A stretch of DNA of 64,000 nucleotides, from positions 60,819-124,818 of the forward strand of contig JAURJZ010000080.1 of assembly GCA_030831965.1 (NCBI GenBank), read 5' to 3'. This document shows, piece after piece, positions 1-8,760 of the stretch. This stretch comes from Verrucomicrobiota bacterium. Its GTDB lineage: Bacteria; Verrucomicrobiota; Verrucomicrobiia; Opitutales; UBA953. The translations under genes were made by a program, and so were the position numbers. The notes beneath the pieces are model-generated. The model saw only the letters and a list, made by a program, of their open reading frames with translations. It did not search any database and was not told where the DNA came from. Each line of letters begins with the position of its first letter. Within the stretch, counting starts at the first letter, position 1.

Positions 1-1881
1 ATCGGGGAGGCGAACCCCATCGACGCCTTCGTCGGCGCGCGCCTGCGCAAGGCCGGCCTCGGCTGGTCGCCCGAGGCCTCGCGCGAGACCCTGCTCCGCC
101 GCCTGTCGCTGGACCTGACCGGTTTGCCGCCGACACCGGAGGAGACCGCCGCGTTCGTGGCGGACACCGACCCGGGCGCCTACGAGCGCCAGGTCGACCG
201 GCTCCTCGCCTCGCCGCATTACGGCGAGCGCATGGCCCTGCCCTGGCTGGACGCCGCGCGCTACGCGGACAGCAACGGCTTCCAGCAGGACGGGGACACC
301 CACCAATGGATCTGGCGCGATTGGCTGGTGCGCCAGCTCAACGCGGACAAGCCCTTCGACCGGCTGAGCACGGAGATGCTGGCAGGCGACCTGCTTCCCG
401 GGGCGACGCGCGAGCAGATCCTCGCCACGGCCTTCAACCGCAACCACATCCTCAACGGCGAGGGCGGCAACATCGAGGAGGAGCAGCGGTTCGTCAGCCT
501 CTTCGACCGGGTCGACGCCACGGCCACGACCTGGCTCGGGCTGACCGTGTCGTGCGCCCAGTGCCACGACCACAAGTACGACCCCATCACGATGCGGGAC
601 TACTACGGGTTCCTCGCCGCCTTCAACCAGGTGCCCGAGAGGGGCGTGCCGCACGTCAACAACGGCCGCTTCCGCCTGGACACGCCGGTGCTCGACGTGC
701 CCACGGCGGCCGAGGAGGCCGAGATCGCCAAGCTTGAGCCGCTCGCCAAGGCGGACGACAAGGACGCCAGGGGCCGGCTGGAGGCCCTCCGCAGGTCCGT
801 CGCCAAGGTCATGGTCATGAGCGACGGCAAGCGCCGCGACACCCACATCCTCAGCCGGGGCGACTACAGCTCGCCCAAGGACAAGGTGGCCTTCGGCACC
901 CCCGGCTTCCTGCCCCCGCTTCCCGCCGGCGCCCCGGGCAACCGCCTCGGCCTGGCGCGCTGGATGTTCGACGCCTCGAACCCGCTGGTCGCCCGGGTGC
1001 AGGTCAACCGGCAGTGGCAGCACTTCTTCGGCCAAGGCATCGTCCGGACGTCGGAGGACCTCGGGGTGCAGGCCGAGCCGCCCACCCATCCCGAGCTGCT
1101 CGACTGGCTGGCGGTGGAGTTCCGCGAGTCCGGCTGGAGGACCAAGGCGCTGCAGCGCCTGATCGTGACCAGCCGCACCTACCGGCAGTCGAGCAAGGTG
1201 ACGCGCGAGCACCTGGCCAGGGACCCCGAGAACCGGCTGCTCGGCCGGGCGCCGCGCCACCGGCTGCCCTCGCCCGTCCTGCGCGACCTGGCGCTGGCCT
1301 CCTCCGGATTGCTCAACCGCGAGCTGGGTGGCGCGCCGGTCTACCCCTACATGCCGCCCAATCCCTGGGCCAGCCTCGCCATCACCAAGGAGCGCGACTT
1401 CACCTACCCGGCGTCCAAGGGCCGCGACCTCCACCGCCGGAGCCTCTACACCTTCTGGCGCCGGACCATCGCGCCGGTGAACCTGTTCGACACCTCGACC
1501 CGCCAGGCCTGCCGCGTGCGGCTGACCCCCACCGCCTCGCCGCTCCACGCGCTGACCATGATGAACGACCCCACCTGGGTGGAGGCGTCGCGGGCGCTCG
1601 CGGAACGGGCGTGGAAGGCGGGGAGCGACGACGCCACCCGGCTCGCCCACGCGTTCCGGCTCGCCCTGGGCCGAGCGCCCGATGCCGACGAGGCCGCGCT
1701 GCTCGCGCGCATGCTGGCCGGCCAGCGCGCGGTCTACGCGGCCGACGCCAAGGCGGCGGCCGACCTCCTGGCCGTGGGCACGGTGGGGCGCGACGCCTCC
1801 CTGCCCGCCGCCGAGCACGCCGCGCTGACCGCGACCTGCCTCGGCATCCTCAACCTCGACGCCGCCCAGACCCGCGACTGA
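1..1881 (+). CDS. DUF1549/DUF1553 (PSCyt/PSD1-type) protein, 5' end cut by window edge
   Basis: Frame 1 is open from base 1 (IGEANPIDAFVGARLRKAGL..., DUF1549-like). The CAQCHDHKYDPIT motif is typical of DUF1553. Stop at 1879-1881; the DUF1501 partner starts 1 nt later. Confidence 0.85.
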   Translation: MGEANPIDAFVGARLRKAGLGWSPEASRETLLRRLSLDLTGLPPTPEETAAFVADTDPGAYERQVDRLLASPHYGERMALPWLDAARYADSNGFQQDGDTHQWIWRDWLVRQLNADKPFDRLSTEMLAGDLLPGATREQILATAFNRNHILNGEGGNIEEEQRFVSLFDRVDATATTWLGLTVSCAQCHDHKYDPITMRDYYGFLAAFNQVPERGVPHVNNGRFRLDTPVLDVPTAAEEAEIAKLEPLAKADDKDARGRLEALRRSVAKVMVMSDGKRRDTHILSRGDYSSPKDKVAFGTPGFLPPLPAGAPGNRLGLARWMFDASNPLVARVQVNRQWQHFFGQGIVRTSEDLGVQAEPPTHPELLDWLAVEFRESGWRTKALQRLIVTSRTYRQSSKVTREHLARDPENRLLGRAPRHRLPSPVLRDLALASSGLLNRELGGAPVYPYMPPNPWASLAITKERDFTYPASKGRDLHRRSLYTFWRRTIAPVNLFDTSTRQACRVRLTPTASPLHALTMMNDPTWVEASRALAERAWKAGSDDATRLAHAFRLALGRAPDADEAALLARMLAGQRAVYAADAKAAADLLAVGTVGRDASLPAAEHAALTATCLGILNLDAAQTRD

Positions 1882-1882
1882 C

Positions 1883-3358
1883 ATGGACCCCTCGCTCCTC
1901 TCGCCCTCCGAATGGCGCGCCGCCCTGACACGCCGGAGCTTCCTCAGCGCCTCCATCCAGGGCATCGGCACGGTGGCCCTTTCCTCGCTGCTGGCGAGGG
2001 ACCTGCTCGCGGGGGACCCGAAAGCCGCCGGCGACCCGATCGGCGCCCTGCCCGGCCTGCCGCACCTCGCGCCGAAGGCCAAGCGTGTCATCTGCCTTTG
2101 GCAGGGAGGGGGCCCCTCGCATGTCGACCTCTTCGACGAGAAGCCGGCGCTCCTCGCGCACGCGGGGAAGGACATCCCGGCGAGCGTCCGCGGCGAGACG
2201 CGGCTCTCCACGATGTCGAGCGGCTACAAGAGCTTCCCGGCGGTGCCGGCGCTGAAGCCCTTCCGCAGGCGCGGACAAGGCGGGATCGGCCTGAGCGAGC
2301 TCATTCCCCACATCGGGGAGATCGCCGACGAGATCTGCGTGGTGCGCTCGCTCCACACCGAGGCGGTCAACCACGCGCCCGGCGTGACCTTCTTCATGAC
2401 CGGGTCGCAGATACCCGGCCGGCCCGCCATGGGCGCCTGGCTGGCCTACGGCCTGGGCACGATGAACGCCGACCTGCCGGCGTTCGTGGTCATGACGTCC
2501 TCGGATCGGGCGAAATCGTGCGGCCAGCTGTTCTTCGAGCACTACTGGGGCAACGGCTTCCTGCCCGGCAAGCACCAGGGCGTGCGCTTCAGCGGCGCCG
2601 GCGACCCGGTGCCCTACGTGCGCAATCCCGCCGGGGTGAGCCGCGAGGCCCGCGGCCGGCTGCTCGAGGACATGCAGGCGCTCAACCGGGCGCATTTCGG
2701 GGCGGTCGGCGACCCGGCCATCGAGACCCGCATCTCGCAGTACGAGATGGCGTTCCGCATGCAGGCGTCGGTGCCGGACCTGCTCGACTTCCGCAACGAG
2801 CCCAAGTCGGTGCTGGAGATGTACGGGCCGGACGTGCTCGTGCCGGGCTCCTTCGCCAACAACTGCCTGATCGCGCGCCGGCTGGCCGAGCGCGGGGTGC
2901 GGTTCACCCAGCTGATGCACGCGGGCTGGGACCAGCACAACAACCTCTTCTCCCAGCTCGAGGTGCAGTGCCGGGACACCGACCAGCCGAGCGCCGCGCT
3001 GGTCAAGGACCTGAGGCAGCGGGGGATGCTGGACGACACCCTGGTCGTCTGGGGCGGGGAGTTCGGCCGCACGCCCTTCGGCCAGGGCCCCGCCGCCAAG
3101 CCCAACGGCCGCGACCACTTCGGGCGCGCCTACAGCTGGTGGCTGGCCGGCGGAGGCGTCCGCAAGGGTCATGTGCACGGGGCGACGGACGACTTCGGCT
3201 GGAACATCGCCAAGGACCCGGTGCATGTGCACGACATGCAGGCGACCCTGCTCCACCTCTGCGGCATCAACCACGAGGCGCTGACCTACCGCTACCAGGG
3301 GCGCCAGTTCCGCCTGACCGACGTGCACGGCAAGCTGGTCAAGGGGCTGCTGGCCTAG
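1883..3358 (+). CDS. DUF1501 domain protein (sulfatase-fold) with Tat-type signal
   Basis: N-terminal TRRSFLSASIQGIG twin-arginine motif. GRDHFGRAYSWWLAGGGVRKG is typical of DUF1501. Canonical pairing with the upstream DUF1553 gene. Confidence 0.85.
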   Translation: MDPSLLSPSEWRAALTRRSFLSASIQGIGTVALSSLLARDLLAGDPKAAGDPIGALPGLPHLAPKAKRVICLWQGGGPSHVDLFDEKPALLAHAGKDIPASVRGETRLSTMSSGYKSFPAVPALKPFRRRGQGGIGLSELIPHIGEIADEICVVRSLHTEAVNHAPGVTFFMTGSQIPGRPAMGAWLAYGLGTMNADLPAFVVMTSSDRAKSCGQLFFEHYWGNGFLPGKHQGVRFSGAGDPVPYVRNPAGVSREARGRLLEDMQALNRAHFGAVGDPAIETRISQYEMAFRMQASVPDLLDFRNEPKSVLEMYGPDVLVPGSFANNCLIARRLAERGVRFTQLMHAGWDQHNNLFSQLEVQCRDTDQPSAALVKDLRQRGMLDDTLVVWGGEFGRTPFGQGPAAKPNGRDHFGRAYSWWLAGGGVRKGHVHGATDDFGWNIAKDPVHVHDMQATLLHLCGINHEALTYRYQGRQFRLTDVHGKLVKGLLA

Positions 3359-3369
3359 GCGCGCCGGAT

Positions 3370-4524
3370 TCAGCCGACGGGCAAGGGCGGGGGCCCGGGG
3401 CGCGCCGGGGGGCGGCGTCCCGTGACCGCGCGGAGCACGTGCTCAAGCGGACCAGCCCCGAGGAGTCGCTCACAGGCTGCCGCAAAGAGGCAGCTGGCGA
3501 GCCAGACCGCGAGGGCGAGTCCGAGCAAGGCGGCGAAGCCGAGCTGGCCGAAGAGGCCGAGTCCGTAGGATCCGAAGACCCAGCCGGCCGCGACGCCCTG
3601 GAAGACATAGGCGCTGAGGGAGTTGCGACCCGCGGCCATCAGCCAGGCGGGGGCGTCCCAGCGCGCGGCGAGGCGGAGGAGCAGAAGAAGCCAAAGGGCG
3701 GCGAGAAGGGGCGAGCCGACCCCCACGGCGCCGAAGGCCGGAAAGGCGGCCGGGCTCTCCGCGCCCGCGAAGGCCATGGTTGCGCCATAAAGGAGGTTGG
3801 CGGCGAGGCCGATTGCGAGAACCCACCCGAGGGGGAGGGGAAGGAGGGCGCGGACTCTCGCGAGGGGATCGGGGGCTTCCAGCAAACGGGACTTGGCGGC
3901 GGCCGCGCCGGCGAGAAGGGCTCCGAGGGCGATGGGGCCGTTGAAGAGCATCGCGGAGACGAAGTCGGTCGGCAAGTCCTCCAGGCGCTGCCGGGTGGCC
4001 TCGTCGAAGGTGCCGCCCAGGCGGCTGAGGAGGAGAGGGTCGTCGGCGAAGCCGGCGAAGAACCGGAGCGTGAATCCCAGGAGGAGCAGGAAGAGCACGC
4101 CGAGCGCGAGCATGGCGAGGGCGACGCGCAGGAGGGTGCGGGGACTGGCCGACAGGAGGGGCCAGGCGAGGAGGGAAAGGATGGCGTAGGGCAGGAGGAT
4201 GTCGCCGGTGTAAACCAGGGCGCCATGCAGGAGGCCGAGGACGGCGAGGGCGGCGCAGCGCCGGAGGTGGCGCGGGGCGAAACCCTCGAAGCGGCCCCGC
4301 TCCCATTGTCCGGACAATCCCCAGCCGAGGAGGAAGGCGAAGACGGGGAAGGACTTGGCCTCGAGGAAGGTCGCCACGAAAAGCCGGGCGGCTTGGTTGG
4401 CGGCGCCGACCGGCGCGGTGAGCGAGTCGCCGGCTTCCATCCCCATCTGGGGTAGGTTGACCGCGCAGATGCCGAGAAGCGCGAAGGCGCGGATGAGGTC
4501 GACGGCCGGAAGGCGCGGGGTCAC
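3370..4524 (-). CDS. DUF418 (YeiB-like) polytopic membrane protein
   Basis: N-terminus VDLIRAFALLGICAVNLP and a multi-TM profile. C-terminal YVFQGVAAGWVFGSYGLGLFGQLG is typical of DUF418. Confidence 0.7.
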   Translation of the reverse strand: MTPRLPAVDLIRAFALLGICAVNLPQMGMEAGDSLTAPVGAANQAARLFVATFLEAKSFPVFAFLLGWGLSGQWERGRFEGFAPRHLRRCAALAVLGLLHGALVYTGDILLPYAILSLLAWPLLSASPRTLLRVALAMLALGVLFLLLLGFTLRFFAGFADDPLLLSRLGGTFDEATRQRLEDLPTDFVSAMLFNGPIALGALLAGAAAAKSRLLEAPDPLARVRALLPLPLGWVLAIGLAANLLYGATMAFAGAESPAAFPAFGAVGVGSPLLAALWLLLLLRLAARWDAPAWLMAAGRNSLSAYVFQGVAAGWVFGSYGLGLFGQLGFAALLGLALAVWLASCLFAAACERLLGAGPLEHVLRAVTGRRPPARPGPPPLPVG

Positions 4525-5303
4525 TTGACGCGCGAGTAATCGGTCGGGACCAGGTACTCGCCCTTGACCCCGTCCGGGACGGTCAGCGAGCCCCCGGCGG
4601 CGGCCTCCGATTCGGCCTTGGCCCGGACCCAGGCGGGGTCGGCGCGGAAGGCGGCGAAGGAGGCGCAGGCGGCGGCCTCGTCGCGGTGCGCGAGGAGATA
4701 GACCAGGGTGCGGCCGGGCAGGAGGTTGGAGCGGGCGCCGCGCGGGTCGGCGTCCATCACCCAGTAGGGAAGGTTGGCCATGCCGTGCTTCTCGAAGAGG
4801 GCGCAGGTGTGGTCGCGGAAGCGCGACAGCAGGTTGGGCAGGCGGCCGGGCTCGGTGGTGTAGGTGCGGAGCTCGAGGAGAGGGCGCCCCACCGCCCCGG
4901 GCTCGGCGCGCGGCGAGAAGTCCGTGGCGCGGAGGAAGGCGTTGTCGATGCGCGCCACGAGCTTGCCCTCGGCCTCGCTGGCGGCCACGGCGCGCTTCCA
5001 GGCGGGGTCGGCGGAGAAGGCGGCGAAGGCCTTGTCACGGGCGGCGCGGTCGGGGAAGGCGAGGAAGTAGACCAGCTTGCGCTCGGGATTGTCGCCGGCG
5101 GGCACGAAATAGCCGAGATTGGTCATGCCGTGCTTCTCGAAGAGGGCGCAGGTGTGGTCGCGGAAGCGCGCATGGAGCGCGTCGAGCTTGCCGGGCGCGG
5201 CGTAGTAGACGCGCATCTCGAAGAGGCGGGGGTCGGGCTCGGCGACGGAACGGGAGGCGCAGCCGGCGAGGAGCAGGGCGGCGAGGGCGATCAAGGGGCG
5301 CAT
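4521..5303 (-). CDS. Lipoprotein with two tandem NIPSNAP domains
   Basis: Start chosen at MRPLIALAALLLAGC (lipobox; ATG complement at 5301-5303), in frame with track ORF 4521..5633. Two repeats contain RFRDHTCALFEKHGM. ATGA-type overlap with the downstream gene end at 4521-4524. Confidence 0.8.
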   Translation of the reverse strand: MRPLIALAALLLAGCASRSVAEPDPRLFEMRVYYAAPGKLDALHARFRDHTCALFEKHGMTNLGYFVPAGDNPERKLVYFLAFPDRAARDKAFAAFSADPAWKRAVAASEAEGKLVARIDNAFLRATDFSPRAEPGAVGRPLLELRTYTTEPGRLPNLLSRFRDHTCALFEKHGMANLPYWVMDADPRGARSNLLPGRTLVYLLAHRDEAAACASFAAFRADPAWVRAKAESEAAAGGSLTVPDGVKGEYLVPTDYSRVK

Positions 5304-5358
5304 GGTCGGGGTGGCATTCCCCAGCCTGCACAGGATGCGCGGGGCGGAAACCGGAAAA

Positions 5359-5970
5359 TCAGCCGAGGGCGGCTCGCAGGGCAAGTCCGGCGAGGACGAG
5401 CCAGAGGATGCCGGTGACGCGGTCGATGCCCCGGGCGAAGGCGGGGTCGGCCAGGCGGGGGCGGAGCTTGCCGGCCAGTCCGGCGTAGCCGGACATGACG
5501 AGGGCCTCGGCGCCGACGGTGCAGAGGAGGAAAAGGGCGATGGCGCCGGGGGTGAGGTTGTCGACCGGCACCCGGGCGGTCTGGATGACAAGCAGCATCC
5601 AGGGGATGGTCTTGGGATTGGTGAGGTTGACAATCAAGCCGCGCAGGAAGAGGGCGAGCCGGCCGTCGATCCCGGCGTCCTCCTCGCGCAGGGAGTCGCG
5701 GGGATAGAGCAGGAGCGTGACGCCCAGGTGGCCGAACCAGGCGACGCCCGCCCAGGCGAGGGCGGTCAGCATCCACGGCCACTGGCTGAGGCCGGAGGCG
5801 ACGGCGAGGGCGAGCAGCGAGACGGGAATCTCGGCGACGGCGAGCCCGAGGGTGTGCCACTGGGCGCGGGCGGAGCCCGACCTCAGGGCGGTGCCGAGGG
5901 TGGAGAGGCTGGCGGGCCCCGGCGACAGGCTGGCCAGAAGGCAAGCCGCGGCGAGGTAACCGAGGTCCAT
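5359..5970 (-). CDS. LysE/RhtB family amino-acid exporter
   Basis: 203 aa, about 6 TM segments. N-terminal LLASLSPGPASL motif is typical of the LysE family. Confidence 0.75.
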   Translation of the reverse strand: MDLGYLAAACLLASLSPGPASLSTLGTALRSGSARAQWHTLGLAVAEIPVSLLALAVASGLSQWPWMLTALAWAGVAWFGHLGVTLLLYPRDSLREEDAGIDGRLALFLRGLIVNLTNPKTIPWMLLVIQTARVPVDNLTPGAIALFLLCTVGAEALVMSGYAGLAGKLRPRLADPAFARGIDRVTGILWLVLAGLALRAALG

Positions 5971-5976
5971 CGGGCC

Positions 5977-7377
5977 TTAGCCGAGGGCGCGCTGCCAGCG
6001 CCTGAGCTGGGCGGCGACCTGGCGGGGTCCGGGCATGCCGGTGTTCTCCCGGGCGCGCAGGGCGCGACCGAGGTCGAACACCTTGCGCCAGTCGCCGCGG
6101 AAGGCGGGGTCGGCGTCGCGCGCGGCGGCGTCGGGCACCCGGTCGAGGGGCGCGCCGAGCCGCTCCGCGACGGCGACGAGCCGGCCGACGGCGTGATGGG
6201 CGTGGCGGAAGGGCATGCCCCTGCGGACGAGCCAGTCGGCGAGGTCGGTGGCGAGCAGGGCGGGGTCGGCCACCGCGGCGGCGCAGCGGCGGCGGTCGAG
6301 GGTCATGCCGGCGACGGTGCCGGCCATGACCTGGAGGCCGAGGAGGATCTGGTCGTGGGCGTCGAAGACCGGCGGCTTGTCGTCCTGCAGGTCGCGGTTG
6401 TAGGTGAGGGGCAGGCCCTTGGCCAGGACGAGGAGGTGGGTGAGCGAGGCCTGTGTCCGGGCGGCCTTGCCCCGCAGCAGCTCGAGCGAGTCGGGGTTGC
6501 GCTTCTGCGGCATGAGCGAGGAGCCGGTGGAGAAGGCGTCGGGCATGCGCGCGAAGCCGAACTCGGCGGTGGACCAGAGGATGAGGTCCTCGGCCATGCG
6601 GGAGAGGTGGGTGGCGCAGAGGGCGGCGGCGAAGGCGAACTCGGTGGCGGCGTCGCGGTCGGCGACGGCGTCCATCGAGTTGGGGGTGACGCGCGGGCGG
6701 CCCTTGGCGTCGACAAAGCCGAGCAGCCGGGCGGTGAGCTCGCGGTCGATGGGCAGGGTGGTCCCGGCGATGGCGCCGGAGCCGAGGGGGCACCAGTTGG
6801 CGGCGTCGGCCACGGCGGCGAAGCGAGCCCGGTCGCGGCCGAGCATCTCGCAGTAGGCGAGCAGGTGGTGGGCGACGGAGACGGGCTGGGCGCGCTGGAG
6901 GTGGGTGTAACCGGGGATGAGGATGTCGGCCTGGCGGGCGGCCTGGCGGACGAGGGCGCGGAGGAGGCCGGCGAGGGCGGCGTCGACCTCGGCGCAGGCG
7001 GCCTTGAGATAGAGCCGCATGTCGGTGGCGACCTGGTCGTTGCGGGACCGGGCGGTGTGGAGCTTGGCGGCGGCGGGCACGCGCGCGGTCAGGGCCTGCT
7101 CGAGGTTCATGTGCACGTCCTCGAGCTCCTCCTTCCAGCGGAACTTGCCGGCGGCGACCTCGCGGCCGAGCCGGGCCAGCCCGGCCAGGATCTGGTCGCG
7201 CTCGCGACGGCTCAGGATGCCGACCTTGGCGAGCATGGTCGCATGGGCGACCGATCCTTGGATGTCGAAGGGCGCCAGGCGCCGGTCGAAGGAGACCGAC
7301 TCGCTGAAACGCCGCATGAGGGCGCCGGGACCGGTCGAGAACCGGCCGCCCCAGGTGACCTGCTTTTTCTTGGCCAT
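5977..7377 (-). CDS. argH: Argininosuccinate lyase
   Basis: [49 protein letters not shown]..., plus the fumarate-lyase signature [15 protein letters not shown]. Start trimmed to the ATG at 7377 (466 aa), in frame with the track ORF. Confidence 0.95.
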   Translation of the reverse strand: MAKKKQVTWGGRFSTGPGALMRRFSESVSFDRRLAPFDIQGSVAHATMLAKVGILSRRERDQILAGLARLGREVAAGKFRWKEELEDVHMNLEQALTARVPAAAKLHTARSRNDQVATDMRLYLKAACAEVDAALAGLLRALVRQAARQADILIPGYTHLQRAQPVSVAHHLLAYCEMLGRDRARFAAVADAANWCPLGSGAIAGTTLPIDRELTARLLGFVDAKGRPRVTPNSMDAVADRDAATEFAFAAALCATHLSRMAEDLILWSTAEFGFARMPDAFSTGSSLMPQKRNPDSLELLRGKAARTQASLTHLLVLAKGLPLTYNRDLQDDKPPVFDAHDQILLGLQVMAGTVAGMTLDRRRCAAAVADPALLATDLADWLVRRGMPFRHAHHAVGRLVAVAERLGAPLDRVPDAAARDADPAFRGDWRKVFDLGRALRARENTGMPGPRQVAAQLRRWQRALG

Positions 7378-7432
7378 CAGGGAGATTACGCGGCGAGCGG
7401 CGCGCCGTGGCAAACGCAAAGGGGCTCCGGCC

Positions 7433-7816
7433 TCACTCCGCGGCGGGAAGATTGACGAAGGAGGGGGCGGGGCGCGCCGAATTGGAGGAAGGGACGGCGG
7501 CCCCGGGCTCGAGGCGGATGACCAGCTCGTCGGGCGCGGCCACGCCGAGGCGCTCCCGGGCTTGGTCGCGGACAAACTCGGGGTTGTCGCTGAAGAGGCT
7601 GAGGGTCCGGGTGCCTTGGGCGAGGCTGCGCTCGATGGCGGCGCGCTCGGCGCGACGGTCGGCCTCGAGTTTCTGGAGGCCGGCGAGGCGAAGCTCCTCC
7701 TCGCGGAGCGAGGCATACATGAAGAAACCGGCGGCGAGCAGGAAGAGGAGGGCGCCCCAGAAGATGAATCGATCCGTCTGAGGGCTGGGGGGCGAGGACT
7801 GGTGCTCGGCTTCCAT
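7433..7816 (-). CDS. ftsB: Septum formation initiator family protein (FtsB/DivIC-like)
   Basis: One TM segment ([18 protein letters not shown]), then a coiled coil and [25 protein letters not shown], typical of DivIC/FtsB. Start at MEAEHQ (7816). Confidence 0.65.
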   Translation of the reverse strand: MEAEHQSSPPSPQTDRFIFWGALLFLLAAGFFMYASLREEELRLAGLQKLEADRRAERAAIERSLAQGTRTLSLFSDNPEFVRDQARERLGVAAPDELVIRLEPGAAVPSSNSARPAPSFVNLPAAE

Positions 7817-7874
7817 CGGTGACGGAAATGTGGAGACAGCGGGAAGGAAGGTCGAGTCGGAATCGGAAGGGAAA

Positions 7875-8217
7875 GTGCGCAGGGGTGCAGGGGCTCGGGG
7901 GCTCGGGAGAAAGCGTGGGAAATGCCGGTGGCCGGTGACCGGTAGGTTGAGCGATGTCTGCGGTAACTGCGGTGTCTGCGGAGGGAGCTGCGCTCCCCGT
8001 AGTCGCGCCTGCGGCGCGATTTTCTCGTCTGCAGATCTCGCAGGGCCGGAGGCCCTCCGGGGAACCGCTAACACCGCTAAACGGGCGTCCGCGGACGGGT
8101 CGTCGACCCAGCCCTGCCTCCCGTGCCCCTGTGCAGCTGTACCTCCCGAGCCCCCGTGCCCCTGTGCAGCTGTGCATCTTTCCGGGGCCCCTTAGGCCCC
8201 GGCGCCCCTGCGCACCC
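7875..8217. repeat. Composite palindromic intergenic repeat element, copy A
   Basis: Outer inverted repeats: 7875-7909 (gtgcgcaggggtgcaggggctcgggggctcgggag) against 8143-8178 and 8205-8215. Three 6-bp-stem triloop hairpins: GGGAGC-TGC-GCTCCC at 7983-7997, CGCGCC-TGC-GGCGCG at 8004-8018, AGGGCC-GGA-GGCCCT at 8042-8056. Direct 20-mer ccgtgcccctgtgcagctgt at 8121-8140 and 8154-8173. Cores are shared with 14160-14406. Confidence 0.8.
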
Positions 8218-8218
8218 C

Positions 8219-8713
8219 TCAGCCGCCAAGCGGCCCAACCTTGGCCAGGGAGCCGCTGAACTCCATGAACACCCAGACAAGGATTCCGGTCACCGAGACA
8301 TAGAGCCAGACCGGGAAGACCCAGCGGGTGAGGCGCTTGTGCTCCTCGAAGCGTCCCTTGGTCGCGAGCCAGACCGCGCGGATGACAAAGGGAGTGACCA
8401 CGATGGCGAGAATGACGTGGGGGATGAGAATCAGGTAATAGAGCCAGCCGAGCGACGCCCAGGCCGAGCCGGCCTCGGGGGCGTAGGCGACATTCTGCCG
8501 GTCGTGGCGCAGGATGAGGTTGGCCTTTGAGGCGAGATAGACGGCGAGGAAGAGGGCGGAGAGGACGAAGGCGACGCCCATGGCCTTGCCGTGGCCCTGA
8601 CGGTCGCCGGCCCGGATGCGCGCATAGCCCACGAGAAGGGCCAGGGTGGCGGCGGCGTTGAAGGCCGCCACGGCGCGGGAGAACAGTTCGACGTCGGATG
8701 CCATGGCAGCCAA
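8219..8713 (-). CDS. DUF420 family membrane protein
   Basis: 164 aa, 4 TM segments. N-terminal FNAAATLALLVGYARIRAGDRQGHGKAM and C-terminal HKRLTRWVFPVWLYVSVTGI resemble DUF420 (CtaM-like). Confidence 0.6.
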   Translation of the reverse strand: MAAMASDVELFSRAVAAFNAAATLALLVGYARIRAGDRQGHGKAMGVAFVLSALFLAVYLASKANLILRHDRQNVAYAPEAGSAWASLGWLYYLILIPHVILAIVVTPFVIRAVWLATKGRFEEHKRLTRWVFPVWLYVSVTGILVWVFMEFSGSLAKVGPLGG

Positions 8714-8760
8714 CGAAGCGGCCCGCCGCCGGAACTCAAGCGCGATAGCCCGTCGAATCC

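Noticed and set aside
8118-8173. CRISPR-like appearance of a 20-mer repeated with a 33-bp period.
   Set aside because: There are only two repeat units, no further spacers and no cas genes in the window. The repeat is part of the larger palindromic element.
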